Positions 24,626 through 33,965 of a stretch of DNA of 64,000 bases are shown here, piece after piece. Every line of letters begins with the position of its first letter. Position 1 is the stretch's first letter. Below the pieces are notes generated by a model, which saw only the letters and a program-made list of their open reading frames with translations, was not told where the DNA came from and searched no databases. The position numbers and the translations under genes were made by a program. Source of the stretch: Clostridiaceae bacterium (lineage in GTDB: Bacteria; Bacillota; Clostridia; Christensenellales; CAG-138); NCBI GenBank assembly GCA_039680365.1, contig JBDKTD010000020.1:1521-65520 (forward strand), given 5' to 3'.

Positions 24626-25584
24626 TGAAGCTATTGGAGATACAAAATCTCGCTATCGAGTTTCAGAGCGCCGCCGGAACCGTGCACGCCGTGCGCGGCG
24701 TCAACCTCTGGCTGGAAAAGGGGGAACTGCTCGGCATTGCCGGGGAGTCCGGCTGCGGAAAAACGACGACCGCGCTTTCCATTCCGAGGCTTCTGCCAAA
24801 GAATGCGCGGATAGCGGGCGGGCAGATTCTCTTTGAAGGCCAGGATTTGACGCAGATGACGGAAGCAGAAATGCGCACGATCCGCTGGAAACAGATTTCC
24901 GTGATCTTTCAGGGCGCGATGAACGCGCTCAACCCCTTAAAAAACGTTGGCGCGCAGATTACCGAGCCGATATTGCTGCACGAGCCGGAAACGACGAAAC
25001 AGCAGGCGGAGGAACGCGCCAAAGAGCTGCTCGAGCAGGTCGGCATCTCCGCAAAACGGTACCGCAACTTTCCGCATGAGTTTTCCGGCGGCATGCGCCA
25101 GCGGGTCATGATTGCAATGAGCCTTGCCTGCAGGCCGAAGCTCGTGATTGCGGACGAGCCGGTCACCGCGCTGGATGTGATGATTCAGGCACAGATATTG
25201 GTGCTGCTGCGCGAGCTCTCCCAACAGTACGCGCTTTCCATGGTGATGATTTCGCACGACCTTTCGGTTTTGAGCGAGCTCTGCGACAAGATTGCCATCA
25301 TGTACGCGGGCAGGGTGGTGGAGTACGGCGCAGCAAGCGAAGTCTTTACGCATCCCGCGCACCCATACACCGTTCGGCTCATGAAATCGTACCCGAACAT
25401 CTACGGCGAAAAGACGTTTATCCACGGCATCCCCGGTTATCCGCCAAGCCTATTAAAGATTCAGCCGGGCTGTCCGTATGCCAGCCGCTGTGCTGAGCGG
25501 AAATCCCCCTGCGAGGAGCTGGAACCCGCGCTGATCGAAGTGGGAGCCGGCCACTACTGCGCCTGCCCCGGAAGCGTGAGGTAG
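24625..25584 (+). CDS. ABC transporter ATP-binding protein (OppD/DppD-like)
   Basis: Walker A GESGCGKT, signature FSGGMRQR, Walker B VIADEPVTALD, and a C-terminal oligopeptide-type extension with cysteines. Confidence 0.9.
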   Translation: MKLLEIQNLAIEFQSAAGTVHAVRGVNLWLEKGELLGIAGESGCGKTTTALSIPRLLPKNARIAGGQILFEGQDLTQMTEAEMRTIRWKQISVIFQGAMNALNPLKNVGAQITEPILLHEPETTKQQAEERAKELLEQVGISAKRYRNFPHEFSGGMRQRVMIAMSLACRPKLVIADEPVTALDVMIQAQILVLLRELSQQYALSMVMISHDLSVLSELCDKIAIMYAGRVVEYGAASEVFTHPAHPYTVRLMKSYPNIYGEKTFIHGIPGYPPSLLKIQPGCPYASRCAERKSPCEELEPALIEVGAGHYCACPGSVR

Positions 25585-25588
25585 CGAT

Positions 25589-26617
25589 ATGGAAGAACGA
25601 AAACAAACCGAACTGATCCGGATCAAGAATCTGGAAGTCGCCTTTTCTGTGCACAAAGGCGGGCGCGGCGCAAAAGGCAAGCGCGCCGTCCGCGCGGTGG
25701 ACGGCGTGTCGCTCTCCGTTTACGAAGGCGAAGTGCTGGCTGTCGTCGGCGAGTCCGGCTGCGGTAAGACCACGCTCGGCAAGGCGATTCTCAACATCAT
25801 CCCCTCCACTGCGGGGCAGATTCTCTACCGGGGCGCCGATCTCTCCAAAGTAAAGAAGCGGGAAATGCAGAAACTCCGGCAGGAACTCCAGCTGATCTAT
25901 CAGGATCCTTACGAATCGCTCGACCCCGGGCAGAGCGTTCTGGAAACGCTGATGGAGCCGCTGCTGATCCACCGACGGGATCTTTCGCCCGAGCAGAAGC
26001 GCGAGCTGGTGCTCCGCCAGTTGGAAGCGGTAGGACTCCAGCCCGCCGAGCGGTATTTGGAGTGCTATCCGCACCATCTCTCCGGCGGGGAACGTCAGCG
26101 ACTGTCGATCGGAGCTTCCATGATTCTCCAGCCCCGCTTCGTCGTTGCGGACGAGCCGGTTTCCATGCTGGACGTCTCCATCCGCGCGGAAATCCTCAAG
26201 CTGATGCTGGACTTACAGAAGAGCCGCAATCTTACGTACCTGTTTATCTCGCACGACCTCTCGCTGACCTGGATGATCGCCGACCGCATTGCGGTGTTCT
26301 ACCTCGGCAAGATGATGGAGCTCGGCCCCGCGGAGGACGTCGTGCACCGTTCAATGCATCCTTATACGCGCGCGCTGGTTTCGGTCATTCCGCAGATGGC
26401 GGGTACAAAGCGCGCGGAAACGCGGCATGTGCTCGTTGGCGAAACGCCTTCGGCAACGGAGATTCCGTCCGGCTGCCGGTTCCATACGCGCTGCTGGATG
26501 TATCAGTCGCTGGGGTGCCCGACCGTCTGCCGGGAGAAGGAACCGGCGCTGAAAAGCGAGCGTACGGATCACGAAGCCGCATGCCATTTTGATCGGGAGG
26601 GGCGATTATATGAATAA
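25589..26617 (+). CDS. ABC transporter ATP-binding protein (OppF/DppF-like)
   Basis: Walker A GESGCGKTT, signature LSGGERQR, Walker B VVADEPVSMLD. Confidence 0.9.
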   Translation: MEERKQTELIRIKNLEVAFSVHKGGRGAKGKRAVRAVDGVSLSVYEGEVLAVVGESGCGKTTLGKAILNIIPSTAGQILYRGADLSKVKKREMQKLRQELQLIYQDPYESLDPGQSVLETLMEPLLIHRRDLSPEQKRELVLRQLEAVGLQPAERYLECYPHHLSGGERQRLSIGASMILQPRFVVADEPVSMLDVSIRAEILKLMLDLQKSRNLTYLFISHDLSLTWMIADRIAVFYLGKMMELGPAEDVVHRSMHPYTRALVSVIPQMAGTKRAETRHVLVGETPSATEIPSGCRFHTRCWMYQSLGCPTVCREKEPALKSERTDHEAACHFDREGRLYE

Positions 26618-26664
26618 AACCACAAAGGGCATCCGGTTTGCCGCTGATTGGGAGAGGTGTTTAT

Positions 26665-27831
26665 ATGTTTGAAACCAAGGAACTCGTGGAGCTCGTCAAA
26701 CAGCTTGTTTCCATCGATACGTCGAACTCGTTTCTCGTGCCGGGCAGCCCGGACGAGCTGGAAGGGCAAAAATACGCAGAAGCCTTCCTGCAAAAGCTCG
26801 GCGTACCCAGCGTGATTGAACGGGTGGACGATTCGACCCACTATAACCAGGTGGCAACCATTGCGGGCGCGGGCGGCGGAAACAACCTGACGCTCTACGC
26901 GCATATGGACACCGTTGGGTATGCCCTCTGGAAGGAACGCGCGCTTTGTGCCGTGGTCGAGGGCGATACTATCGTCGGCCTCGGCGCTTCCGACGACAAA
27001 GGGTTCTGCGCGGTGATGATGATCGTTGCCAAGGCGCTTGTCGAGAGCGGAATCCGGCTCAAGGGGGATTTACATCTCTGCTTCTGTTCGGACGAAGAAG
27101 GCGCGACCTGCGGCTCGTTTGACTACGTCAAGCGCCACGCGCCGGAAGCCGCGCTGATTATGGAATCCGCGCCGATCAACCGCGTCAACGTGACGCATCA
27201 GGGGTTCGGCTGGCTCAAGATCAAGGTATTCGGCAAAGCGGGTCACGGCAGCGCGGGCGGAGACTCTCTGGACGCGATTGCCGCCATGGCGGAGGTCATC
27301 GTCCGCCTGCAGCGCAACCAGCGGGAGAATTTTGCAAAGAACCCGCATCCGCTCAACGGCGAAACGGTATACCACACCGGCACCATCTCCGGCGGAACGG
27401 ACTTTGCAACCTACCCCGCGCACTGCGAGCTGGGCATTGAAATCGGCACGCAGCCGGGGGAGACCATGAACAATCGCATCGAGGAGATTCGGGCGATCTT
27501 CCGCGAGGTCAAGGAACTCTATCCCGGATTTTCCGCGGAGATCGAGCCTGTTATCGTGCGCAGCCCGTTTGAGTCCAAGGGTGCGGAGGAACTCTACGCC
27601 GTGCTCGCCGAAGAGATTGTGCTTGCAACCGGAAAGCCTGCGGAAGCCGTCGGCGAAAACTCCTGGGGCGACGCGGAGATCTTTCAGGACGGAGGCTTTC
27701 CAACGCTCGGCATCGGTTCGCTCGGCGGCAACTTCCACGCGCCGGACGAATGGGTCTCCATTTCGGAACTGGATCAGTTCACGCGCATGCTCATCAACGT
27801 TGTCAAACGCTACTGCGGCGTTGCTGAATGA
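26665..27831 (+). CDS. M20-family metallohydrolase (ArgE/DapE/acylase-like)
   Basis: Start MFETKELV after GGAGAGG. Motifs YAHMDTVG, GASDDKG, SDEEG, HGSA. Confidence 0.8.
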   Translation: MFETKELVELVKQLVSIDTSNSFLVPGSPDELEGQKYAEAFLQKLGVPSVIERVDDSTHYNQVATIAGAGGGNNLTLYAHMDTVGYALWKERALCAVVEGDTIVGLGASDDKGFCAVMMIVAKALVESGIRLKGDLHLCFCSDEEGATCGSFDYVKRHAPEAALIMESAPINRVNVTHQGFGWLKIKVFGKAGHGSAGGDSLDAIAAMAEVIVRLQRNQRENFAKNPHPLNGETVYHTGTISGGTDFATYPAHCELGIEIGTQPGETMNNRIEEIRAIFREVKELYPGFSAEIEPVIVRSPFESKGAEELYAVLAEEIVLATGKPAEAVGENSWGDAEIFQDGGFPTLGIGSLGGNFHAPDEWVSISELDQFTRMLINVVKRYCGVAE

Positions 27832-27869
27832 TGCGACCCGGCGAAAAAGACCATGTGGTTGGAGGCAGG

Positions 27870-29354
27870 ATGAATTCGGAACTGCAAAGCTATATCATCG
27901 GGCTGGATTTGGGCACTTCCGCGGTCAAGCTGGTACTGCTCGACCCGAAGGGCGGCATTGCCGCGAGCTCGCGGCGGGAATACGCCAGCATTGAAGCCAA
28001 GGGCAACCGCGTGGAACAGCGTACCGCGGACTGGATCGACGCCATCGGCAAAGCCGCGGACGACTTACTGAGCCAGGCGGGAACCGACGTGATGAAGCGG
28101 GTTGCGGCCATCGGACTTTCCGCCCAGATGCCGACGATGGTCATCATGGACAAAAAAGGCCGCATCTATAAAAACGCCGTCGTTTGGAGCGACTGCCGCG
28201 CGCAGGAAACGGGCGCAAAGCTGCTGCAGAGCATTGGTAAGACGCGCCATTACGAGCGCACCGGCGTGGTGCTGGACGGGCACTATATTCTGCCCATGTA
28301 CCTTCATACAAAAGAGACGGATAAAGCCCTGCCGCCGGATCACCTCGTGATGTCCGCCAAGGACTATATCGGTTACTACCTGACGGGCGCGCTGGCCACC
28401 GACCCTTCCACCGCGTCCGGCTACGGCGTGTATTCCCTGCGGGAAAACCGTTGGGACGCGGAGTTTTGCCGCATGGCCGGAGTCAGCGAAACGCTGTTTC
28501 CGCGCATCCTCGACTCAAACGCCATCTGCGGCAGGCTGACGCGGGAGGCGGCGCTGGTTTTGAACCTTTCGGCGGGAATCCCCGTAATCACAGGCGGCGC
28601 GGATTCGGTTTCCGGCGTGTTCGGCCTCGGCGTGGAGCAGGGCACGGTCTGCGAAATCTGGGGATCGAGCACGGCGATTCTCGGCGTGACCGACCGCATC
28701 GTCTTAAGCCCCGACCGCTCGTTTTTTACGACCCCGCTGCTGCTTAAAAATACCTACGCCGTCGAGGCGGATTTGATGTCCACCGGCGTTTCGTATGCCT
28801 GGGCGGAGCGGCTGATTCAATACACGGTCGAAGGACGGGGGCTTATCGAGCTTGCGTCTCAGGTGCCGCCTGGCAGCGAAGGCGTGCTGTTTTACCCGTA
28901 TCTGGCGGGTGGCGAGCAAGGCGTGCTCTGGGACGAGCGGCTCTCCGGCGCAATACTGGGGCTTACGGTCAATCATTCCTTGCCGCATATGCTGCGCGCG
29001 GTGCTGGAGGGCATGTGTTACGAATCCCTTCGGTGCATCAGCGCGTTCGAAGCGGGCGGCTGCCTCTGCAGCAGCATCCTCTGCACCGGCGCGGTAACGG
29101 GGGACGCGTTCTTTATGCAGCTGCTGGCGGATATCTCCGGCAGAACCTGCAGAGCCGCGCGGGAAGCTTCCGGAAGCGCACTGGGCGCCGGGCTGATAGC
29201 GGGCGCTTCCATCGGCGCCTGGAGTCTGGACGACCTTTCACGCATCACCAAGGGCAACGGCAGGGAGTATTACCCGAGGCAGGAGACGCGCGCGCTCTAT
29301 GAACAAGGGTATCTGCGTTATCTGCAGCACACAAGGAACGCCAGAATCGACTAG
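27870..29354 (+). CDS. FGGY-family carbohydrate kinase (xylulokinase/gluconokinase-like)
   Basis: Start MNSELQSYIIGLDLGTSAVK after GGAGG. The length and C-terminal GGA..D motifs are typical of the FGGY family. Confidence 0.8.
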   Translation: MNSELQSYIIGLDLGTSAVKLVLLDPKGGIAASSRREYASIEAKGNRVEQRTADWIDAIGKAADDLLSQAGTDVMKRVAAIGLSAQMPTMVIMDKKGRIYKNAVVWSDCRAQETGAKLLQSIGKTRHYERTGVVLDGHYILPMYLHTKETDKALPPDHLVMSAKDYIGYYLTGALATDPSTASGYGVYSLRENRWDAEFCRMAGVSETLFPRILDSNAICGRLTREAALVLNLSAGIPVITGGADSVSGVFGLGVEQGTVCEIWGSSTAILGVTDRIVLSPDRSFFTTPLLLKNTYAVEADLMSTGVSYAWAERLIQYTVEGRGLIELASQVPPGSEGVLFYPYLAGGEQGVLWDERLSGAILGLTVNHSLPHMLRAVLEGMCYESLRCISAFEAGGCLCSSILCTGAVTGDAFFMQLLADISGRTCRAAREASGSALGAGLIAGASIGAWSLDDLSRITKGNGREYYPRQETRALYEQGYLRYLQHTRNARID

Positions 29355-29508
29355 ACGTTATCAAAGGCGGTCTGCTTGATTTAGTGAACACAGGCTGACA
29401 CCAGAACCGGGCCAAACAAAAAACACCCCGTCGTAACGCACCGGCTGATGCCAGAATCGAGCCAAATAAAAAAATTCAACCCCGGCTCGGATTCGGAGAG
29501 GAGAAACA

Positions 29509-30876
29509 ATGGACATGGAAAAAACGGTTTTCGAAGCGGAGTACCGGCGCAGGTTTCCAGCCAGCGCGCGGCTCTTTGAGGAAGCGAAGCGATATATCCC
29601 CTGCGGCGTCAACAGCACGGCGCGCTGCGTCTTTTCCGGCTGGGATCCCTACCCGCTGTTTGTCGATCATGGCGACGGCGCTTCTGTAACGGACGCGGAC
29701 GGAAACGTCTTTACCGACTACCTGCTTGGCCTTGGGCCGGATATTCTCGGCCACCGTCCAAAGGAAGTCACCGCCGCGGTCACAAAGCACATCAACGAGG
29801 TCGGCACCGTGTTTGCGCTGGCATCCGCGCTGGATACCGAAGTGGCGAGAAAGATGACCGAGTGCGTGCCGAGCCTGGATCAGGTTCGCCTGAACAACTC
29901 CGGCACCGAAGCGGTCACCTACGCGCTGCGGCTGGCGCGCGCCTATACCGGACGGCAGAAGATCGTCCGCTTTGAAGGGATGTACCATGGCTTTTCGGAC
30001 GGCATTTACTGGAGCAAACACCCTTCCAAGCTCGCCATCGATGAGTGGGGGCACTGCAAACCGGAACCGCAGGGGCCGGGTCTGCCCGCGGGGCTGGAAA
30101 ACAGCCTGCTGATTTGTCAGTGGAACGACCTTGCGGCGCTGTCCGAGCTGATTGAGAAAAACCATGAAGAGATTGCCGCGGTCATCACGGAGCCCATCAT
30201 GTGCAACACCGGCTGCATCCTGCCGGAGCCCGGCTATTTGGAAGGCATGCGGGAACTGACGCGCAAGTACGGCATCGTGCTCATTATGGACGAGGTGATC
30301 ACCGGCTTTCGCGTCTCTCTTGCTGGCGCGCAGGGGTATTACGGCATCAAGCCGGACATCTCGGTGTTCGCCAAGGGCATGGGCGGCGGGTTCCCTGTTG
30401 CGGCGCTCGGCGGGCGAAAGGAGATTATGCAACTCATCGACGAGGGCAAGGTCTCCGTTGCGGGCACCTACAGCGGCAACGGCATCGCGCTTTCCGCCAC
30501 CTCCGCAACGCTCGATTACCTGCGCGTTCCCGGGCGGTATGAAGCGTTTACGCAAAAATCCCTCCGCCTCATGAACGGGCTGGAAGTGCTGTTCTCGCGC
30601 TCCAAACTGGACGCGTACGTAGTGGGCGTCGGCCCATTGTTTCAGGTTTGGTTTGCGTCCCACTCGATCAAAAACTATCGAGACGCGGCGAAATACGCCA
30701 GCGAGGAGCTCTTTACCCTCTGGTGGCGGGAAATGCTCTTCCGCGGCGTGCTGTTCCATCCGCACTACTTCGAAAACATGTTCATCTCCATGGCGCATTC
30801 GGATGCGGACGTGGACGACACGCTGCAGAAGGCGGAGGACTCCATCCGCGCGATGGAAAAGAAGCTGGGGAAATAA
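29509..30876 (+). CDS. Class-III PLP aminotransferase, glutamate-1-semialdehyde aminomutase-like subfamily
   Basis: Motifs IPCGVNS, MDEVITGFR, FAKGMGGGFP (the Lys in AKG is the putative PLP lysine). RBS GGAGAGGAG. Confidence 0.8.
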   Translation: MDMEKTVFEAEYRRRFPASARLFEEAKRYIPCGVNSTARCVFSGWDPYPLFVDHGDGASVTDADGNVFTDYLLGLGPDILGHRPKEVTAAVTKHINEVGTVFALASALDTEVARKMTECVPSLDQVRLNNSGTEAVTYALRLARAYTGRQKIVRFEGMYHGFSDGIYWSKHPSKLAIDEWGHCKPEPQGPGLPAGLENSLLICQWNDLAALSELIEKNHEEIAAVITEPIMCNTGCILPEPGYLEGMRELTRKYGIVLIMDEVITGFRVSLAGAQGYYGIKPDISVFAKGMGGGFPVAALGGRKEIMQLIDEGKVSVAGTYSGNGIALSATSATLDYLRVPGRYEAFTQKSLRLMNGLEVLFSRSKLDAYVVGVGPLFQVWFASHSIKNYRDAAKYASEELFTLWWREMLFRGVLFHPHYFENMFISMAHSDADVDDTLQKAEDSIRAMEKKLGK

Positions 30877-30918
30877 CAGAATACAGGAGCAGATTCAGTA
30901 AGTCGGCTGCCGTGCCGG

Positions 30919-30955
30919 GCCGCCCGTGAAAACGGGCGGCCTGTTCTATTTACAA
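30919..30955 (+). terminator. Intrinsic terminator after the aminotransferase gene
   Basis: Stem GGCCGCCCG/CGGGCGGCC with a 6-nt loop, followed by TGTTCTATTT (a weak U tract). Confidence 0.6.
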
Positions 30956-31134
30956 GATTCATACAAAAAAAGGATGGACAAGAAGGTTGTATAATTTATT
31001 AACGAATCCTAAAAGTTACACTCAATAATTATATAATATATTAATGATGTGACTGTTTATTGACAATTGTACGGTTAAAATATACAAATAAAACAATTAA
31101 GTTGTAAAACCTGCATAATAACTGCTGGAAGACG

Positions 31135-31163
31135 TTGACAAGCGCGTTATATTCATGTAAGAT
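31135..31163 (+). promoter_or_regulatory. Strong sigma-70-type promoter of the polysaccharide locus
   Basis: TTGACA-N17-TAAGAT at the end of a very AT-rich 170-bp stretch. A second TTGACA at 31060 has a weaker -10. Confidence 0.6.
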
Positions 31164-31395
31164 ACACACCGATAGTGCGGTTAAAATCGTTTACCTCAAA
31201 ATCGCGCTATTAAGATGTAACAATTGCTGTCGCTGTTTTCCAGTCCGGTGTTTTGCTGGAAAGGTAACAAGCAGAATTGGCGATTGTTCTATCGGAAAAA
31301 TCCGGCGAAACGGCAGATGCTGAGAGTTCAGTGGTGCTTAGCCGCCGGAATCATAGATTACCTGTTCCGATAGTTGTTTCGGAGGGCGAAGCTGT

Positions 31396-31433
31396 GCCTT
31401 TGAGTCACGACTCAAAGGCCATTCTTATATTTA
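31396..31433 (+). terminator. Leader-embedded terminator-like hairpin (candidate antitermination target)
   Basis: Perfect 10-bp stem GCCTTTGAGT/ACTCAAAGGC with a 4-nt loop, followed by CATTCTTATATTT. It lies about 230 nt after the promoter and 130 nt before the NusG-paralog gene. Confidence 0.5.
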
Positions 31434-31561
31434 GGAATAACTACGAACTGTTGATTACTAAACAAACGCGAAATATCCGCTGTATTCCATAATTCGATTT
31501 CCGGCATCAACGGAGTCGACAAACCAAATAACCTAGCAAGAGAAACATGAGGGGATTTGCA

Positions 31562-32134
31562 ATGGCATCCGGTCATTTATTAAGCGCATGCAAAAATCAC
31601 TGTAATTACGGCTGCATCTTTTGCCTGACGGGAAAGGAACTGCTCGTTGCAAACGCTATCGAGGCGCAGAGTCCATTCATTCGTGCGCGGGCGGTGCGTC
31701 GTGTAACTCGGCACACGCAGCAAGGGGTTACGACGCTGCAGGACGAAGTGGTGCTGCATGGATACGTGCTTTTTGAAGCGCCGCGGTGTTTGGATCTGAC
31801 GGAGGCCATTCCGCGGGATACGGCGCTCTCTGTTCTAACATATTCGGACGGGGACTGGCGGCTCTTTGGCGACGACGAAAACTACGCAAAGTGGATCTTT
31901 CGCTATGATGGGCTGATCGACCTCTCCAACGCCTGCCAAATCGGCAACCGCATACAGATCATCGACGGTCCGCTCAAAGATTTGGAGGGGCGAATTACAA
32001 GAATCGACCGCAGAAACAGGAGCGGACAGGTGGAAATCAACATCGGCGGCAGGCTGCAGAAAGTTTGGCTTGGTTTTGACATTGTAAAGGAGTATCCGGA
32101 GGATGAAGCAATCTTCGCGCAGCGGAATAACTGA
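31562..32134 (+). CDS. NusG-paralog transcription antiterminator (LoaP/UpxY-like)
   Basis: NGN-like N-terminus (IFCLTGKELLVANAIE...VLHGYVLFEAP) and a KOW motif (IGNRIQIIDGPLKDLEGRITRIDRRNRSGQVEI). It is the first gene of a polysaccharide operon. Start at 31562 (GAGGGG RBS) or 31547. Confidence 0.75.
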   Translation: MASGHLLSACKNHCNYGCIFCLTGKELLVANAIEAQSPFIRARAVRRVTRHTQQGVTTLQDEVVLHGYVLFEAPRCLDLTEAIPRDTALSVLTYSDGDWRLFGDDENYAKWIFRYDGLIDLSNACQIGNRIQIIDGPLKDLEGRITRIDRRNRSGQVEINIGGRLQKVWLGFDIVKEYPEDEAIFAQRNN

Positions 32135-33140
32135 CCGCAAGCGGCTTTGGCGGCGAATCTTGACAAGGGGAACGATTCTTCTGCTCTGCGCGGTGGCGGT
32201 GTACGGCGCCGGCAGGCTGATCGACAGCAGCGCAAGGCAGGCAGAACCGCGGGGAGATCTTGCGTCTCGTTTTACGCAGGTGCCCGCGCTGGAACACAAA
32301 GGGGAATTCTACCGGCCGAAAGCGCAGCTCAGGTGTTACTTGATCATGGGGACGGACCATTATTCGTCCGCAGCTGAATCGGAGGGAGCGTTTCGAAACG
32401 GCGGGCAGGCGGATTACCTGCTGCTGATCGCCGTTGACGACGCGGCAAAGACGGTGCAGCCGATTCAGATTGACCGCGACACGATGACTGAAATTACGAC
32501 ACTCGGCGTGCTGGGAGATGAGACGGGGACGCGCTCGGCCCAGATCTGCCTCGCGCACGGTTTTGGAGACGGCGGCGAGCAAAGCTGCCTGCTGCAGAAG
32601 GAGGCGGTGAGCAGACTCTGCCTGGGGGTGGAGATCCCTTCCTACGCGGCGATGAGCATGGATGGCATTTCGGTGTTGAACGACGCCGCAGGCGGAATTG
32701 CGGTAACGCTCAAGGACGACTTTACGTCGCTGGATCCTTCCATGACGACGGGTACGACGCTGACGCTGCAGGGCGAGCAGGCGGAATATTACGTCCGCAA
32801 CCGCATGAACATCGGAATTGGAACCAGCGAGGCGCGAAACGCGCGCCAGCAGGACTACTGGCAAAAGCTGAGCGAAAAAATCGCGCAAATTCTGGATGCC
32901 GAGGGCAGCTCCGCTTTTTTAAACGAGCTCTACACCGCGCTGGAACCTTACCTGACAACCAATCTTTCCCGGGGAGCGCTCATCAACGAAACCTGGAAAA
33001 CGAAGGACTATGCACGTTTGCCGATTCTGGTTCCCGCCGGAACGTACATGGTTGGCGGCGACGGTTTTATGGAGTTCCATATTGATGAAGCGGCGCTGGA
33101 ACAGAATATCCTGAGCGTGTTTTACGACAAAGTGCCCTAA
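32103..33140 (+). CDS. LytR-CpsA-Psr (LCP) family glycopolymer phosphotransferase
   Basis: N-terminal TM helix, then YLIMGTDH...GGQADYLLLIAVDDAAKTVQPIQIDRDT and RNRMNIG..EARNARQQ, typical of the LCP catalytic domain. Confidence 0.8.
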   Translation: MKQSSRSGITDRKRLWRRILTRGTILLLCAVAVYGAGRLIDSSARQAEPRGDLASRFTQVPALEHKGEFYRPKAQLRCYLIMGTDHYSSAAESEGAFRNGGQADYLLLIAVDDAAKTVQPIQIDRDTMTEITTLGVLGDETGTRSAQICLAHGFGDGGEQSCLLQKEAVSRLCLGVEIPSYAAMSMDGISVLNDAAGGIAVTLKDDFTSLDPSMTTGTTLTLQGEQAEYYVRNRMNIGIGTSEARNARQQDYWQKLSEKIAQILDAEGSSAFLNELYTALEPYLTTNLSRGALINETWKTKDYARLPILVPAGTYMVGGDGFMEFHIDEAALEQNILSVFYDKVP

Positions 33141-33249
33141 AAAACAAAAATGCGTTTCGCATAAAACAAACGATGACGAAGTTGCCTGAGCGGCGGCGGG
33201 TTTGGCCGGCTCTGCCCAGCGAAAAATAAAAAAAGAGAGGTAGAAAAGC

Positions 33250-33819
33250 ATGTTGAAGAAATTGATCGGGTTGCTTCTTGCCGTCCTTTTGCTGACCGTA
33301 ACAGGCTCCGCACTGGCGGCAACGCCCAGTAAGACGACCGAGGATATGACGAGGATTACCGAGGAGACGACAAGCGGGGAAAGTCCGTCGACCGTACTGA
33401 TCTACGTACGCGAAATCCCTTCGGAGATGTCGGTCGCCGTACTCAAGGAGATTTCGGCGTATGTTGCTTCAAAAGCCGCGGTTACCGGGTATTTTTCCGA
33501 GGCGGTGCAGGCGGAAATTCTCAGCCGCGTGCCCGATAAAACCGATATTGCAGCGCTGAAGATGAGCGAGTTCGTTTCGCTGGGCATTAACGACTATGTG
33601 GAGAGCTATGGAGACGTTACCTGCGTGTTCCAGTTTCCAACGGAGTTTACCGTCGAGCAGACGGTCGTCGCGCTGGTTGGTTATCCGGATTCGACCGGCG
33701 CCATTATCTGGCAGGCGCTGGATACAACGGTGGTTGAAGGCTCGCTTCGAATCGTGTTTCCGACCGACCTGATGCTGCGCATCGGGCACGACGCGGTGCT
33801 GGCGGTATTATCCCGCTGA
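33250..33819 (+). CDS. Secreted hypothetical protein
   Basis: Signal peptide MLKKLIGLLLAVLLLTVTGSALA. No recognisable domain. RBS AGAGAGG. Confidence 0.6.
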   Translation: MLKKLIGLLLAVLLLTVTGSALAATPSKTTEDMTRITEETTSGESPSTVLIYVREIPSEMSVAVLKEISAYVASKAAVTGYFSEAVQAEILSRVPDKTDIAALKMSEFVSLGINDYVESYGDVTCVFQFPTEFTVEQTVVALVGYPDSTGAIIWQALDTTVVEGSLRIVFPTDLMLRIGHDAVLAVLSR

Positions 33820-33965
33820 AACGGACGGACGGCCGCCTGAAGGGATGACGCGGAGCGCTTAGCGCGTCCGTTCGTGCGCCGCGCGGCCGTCATCTGGGCG
33901 GCGGAACCGAGCGGTGGTTCGATGCGCCTGATCTGTATGAGCTGATATTGCTATGGAGGATATGA

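Noticed and set aside
31277-31492. 71-aa ORF (and the 62-aa ORF at 31135) inside the polysaccharide-locus leader.
   Set aside because: They have TTG starts without an RBS, overlap the promoter or the terminator hairpin, and show no domain. They are better explained as a non-coding leader.
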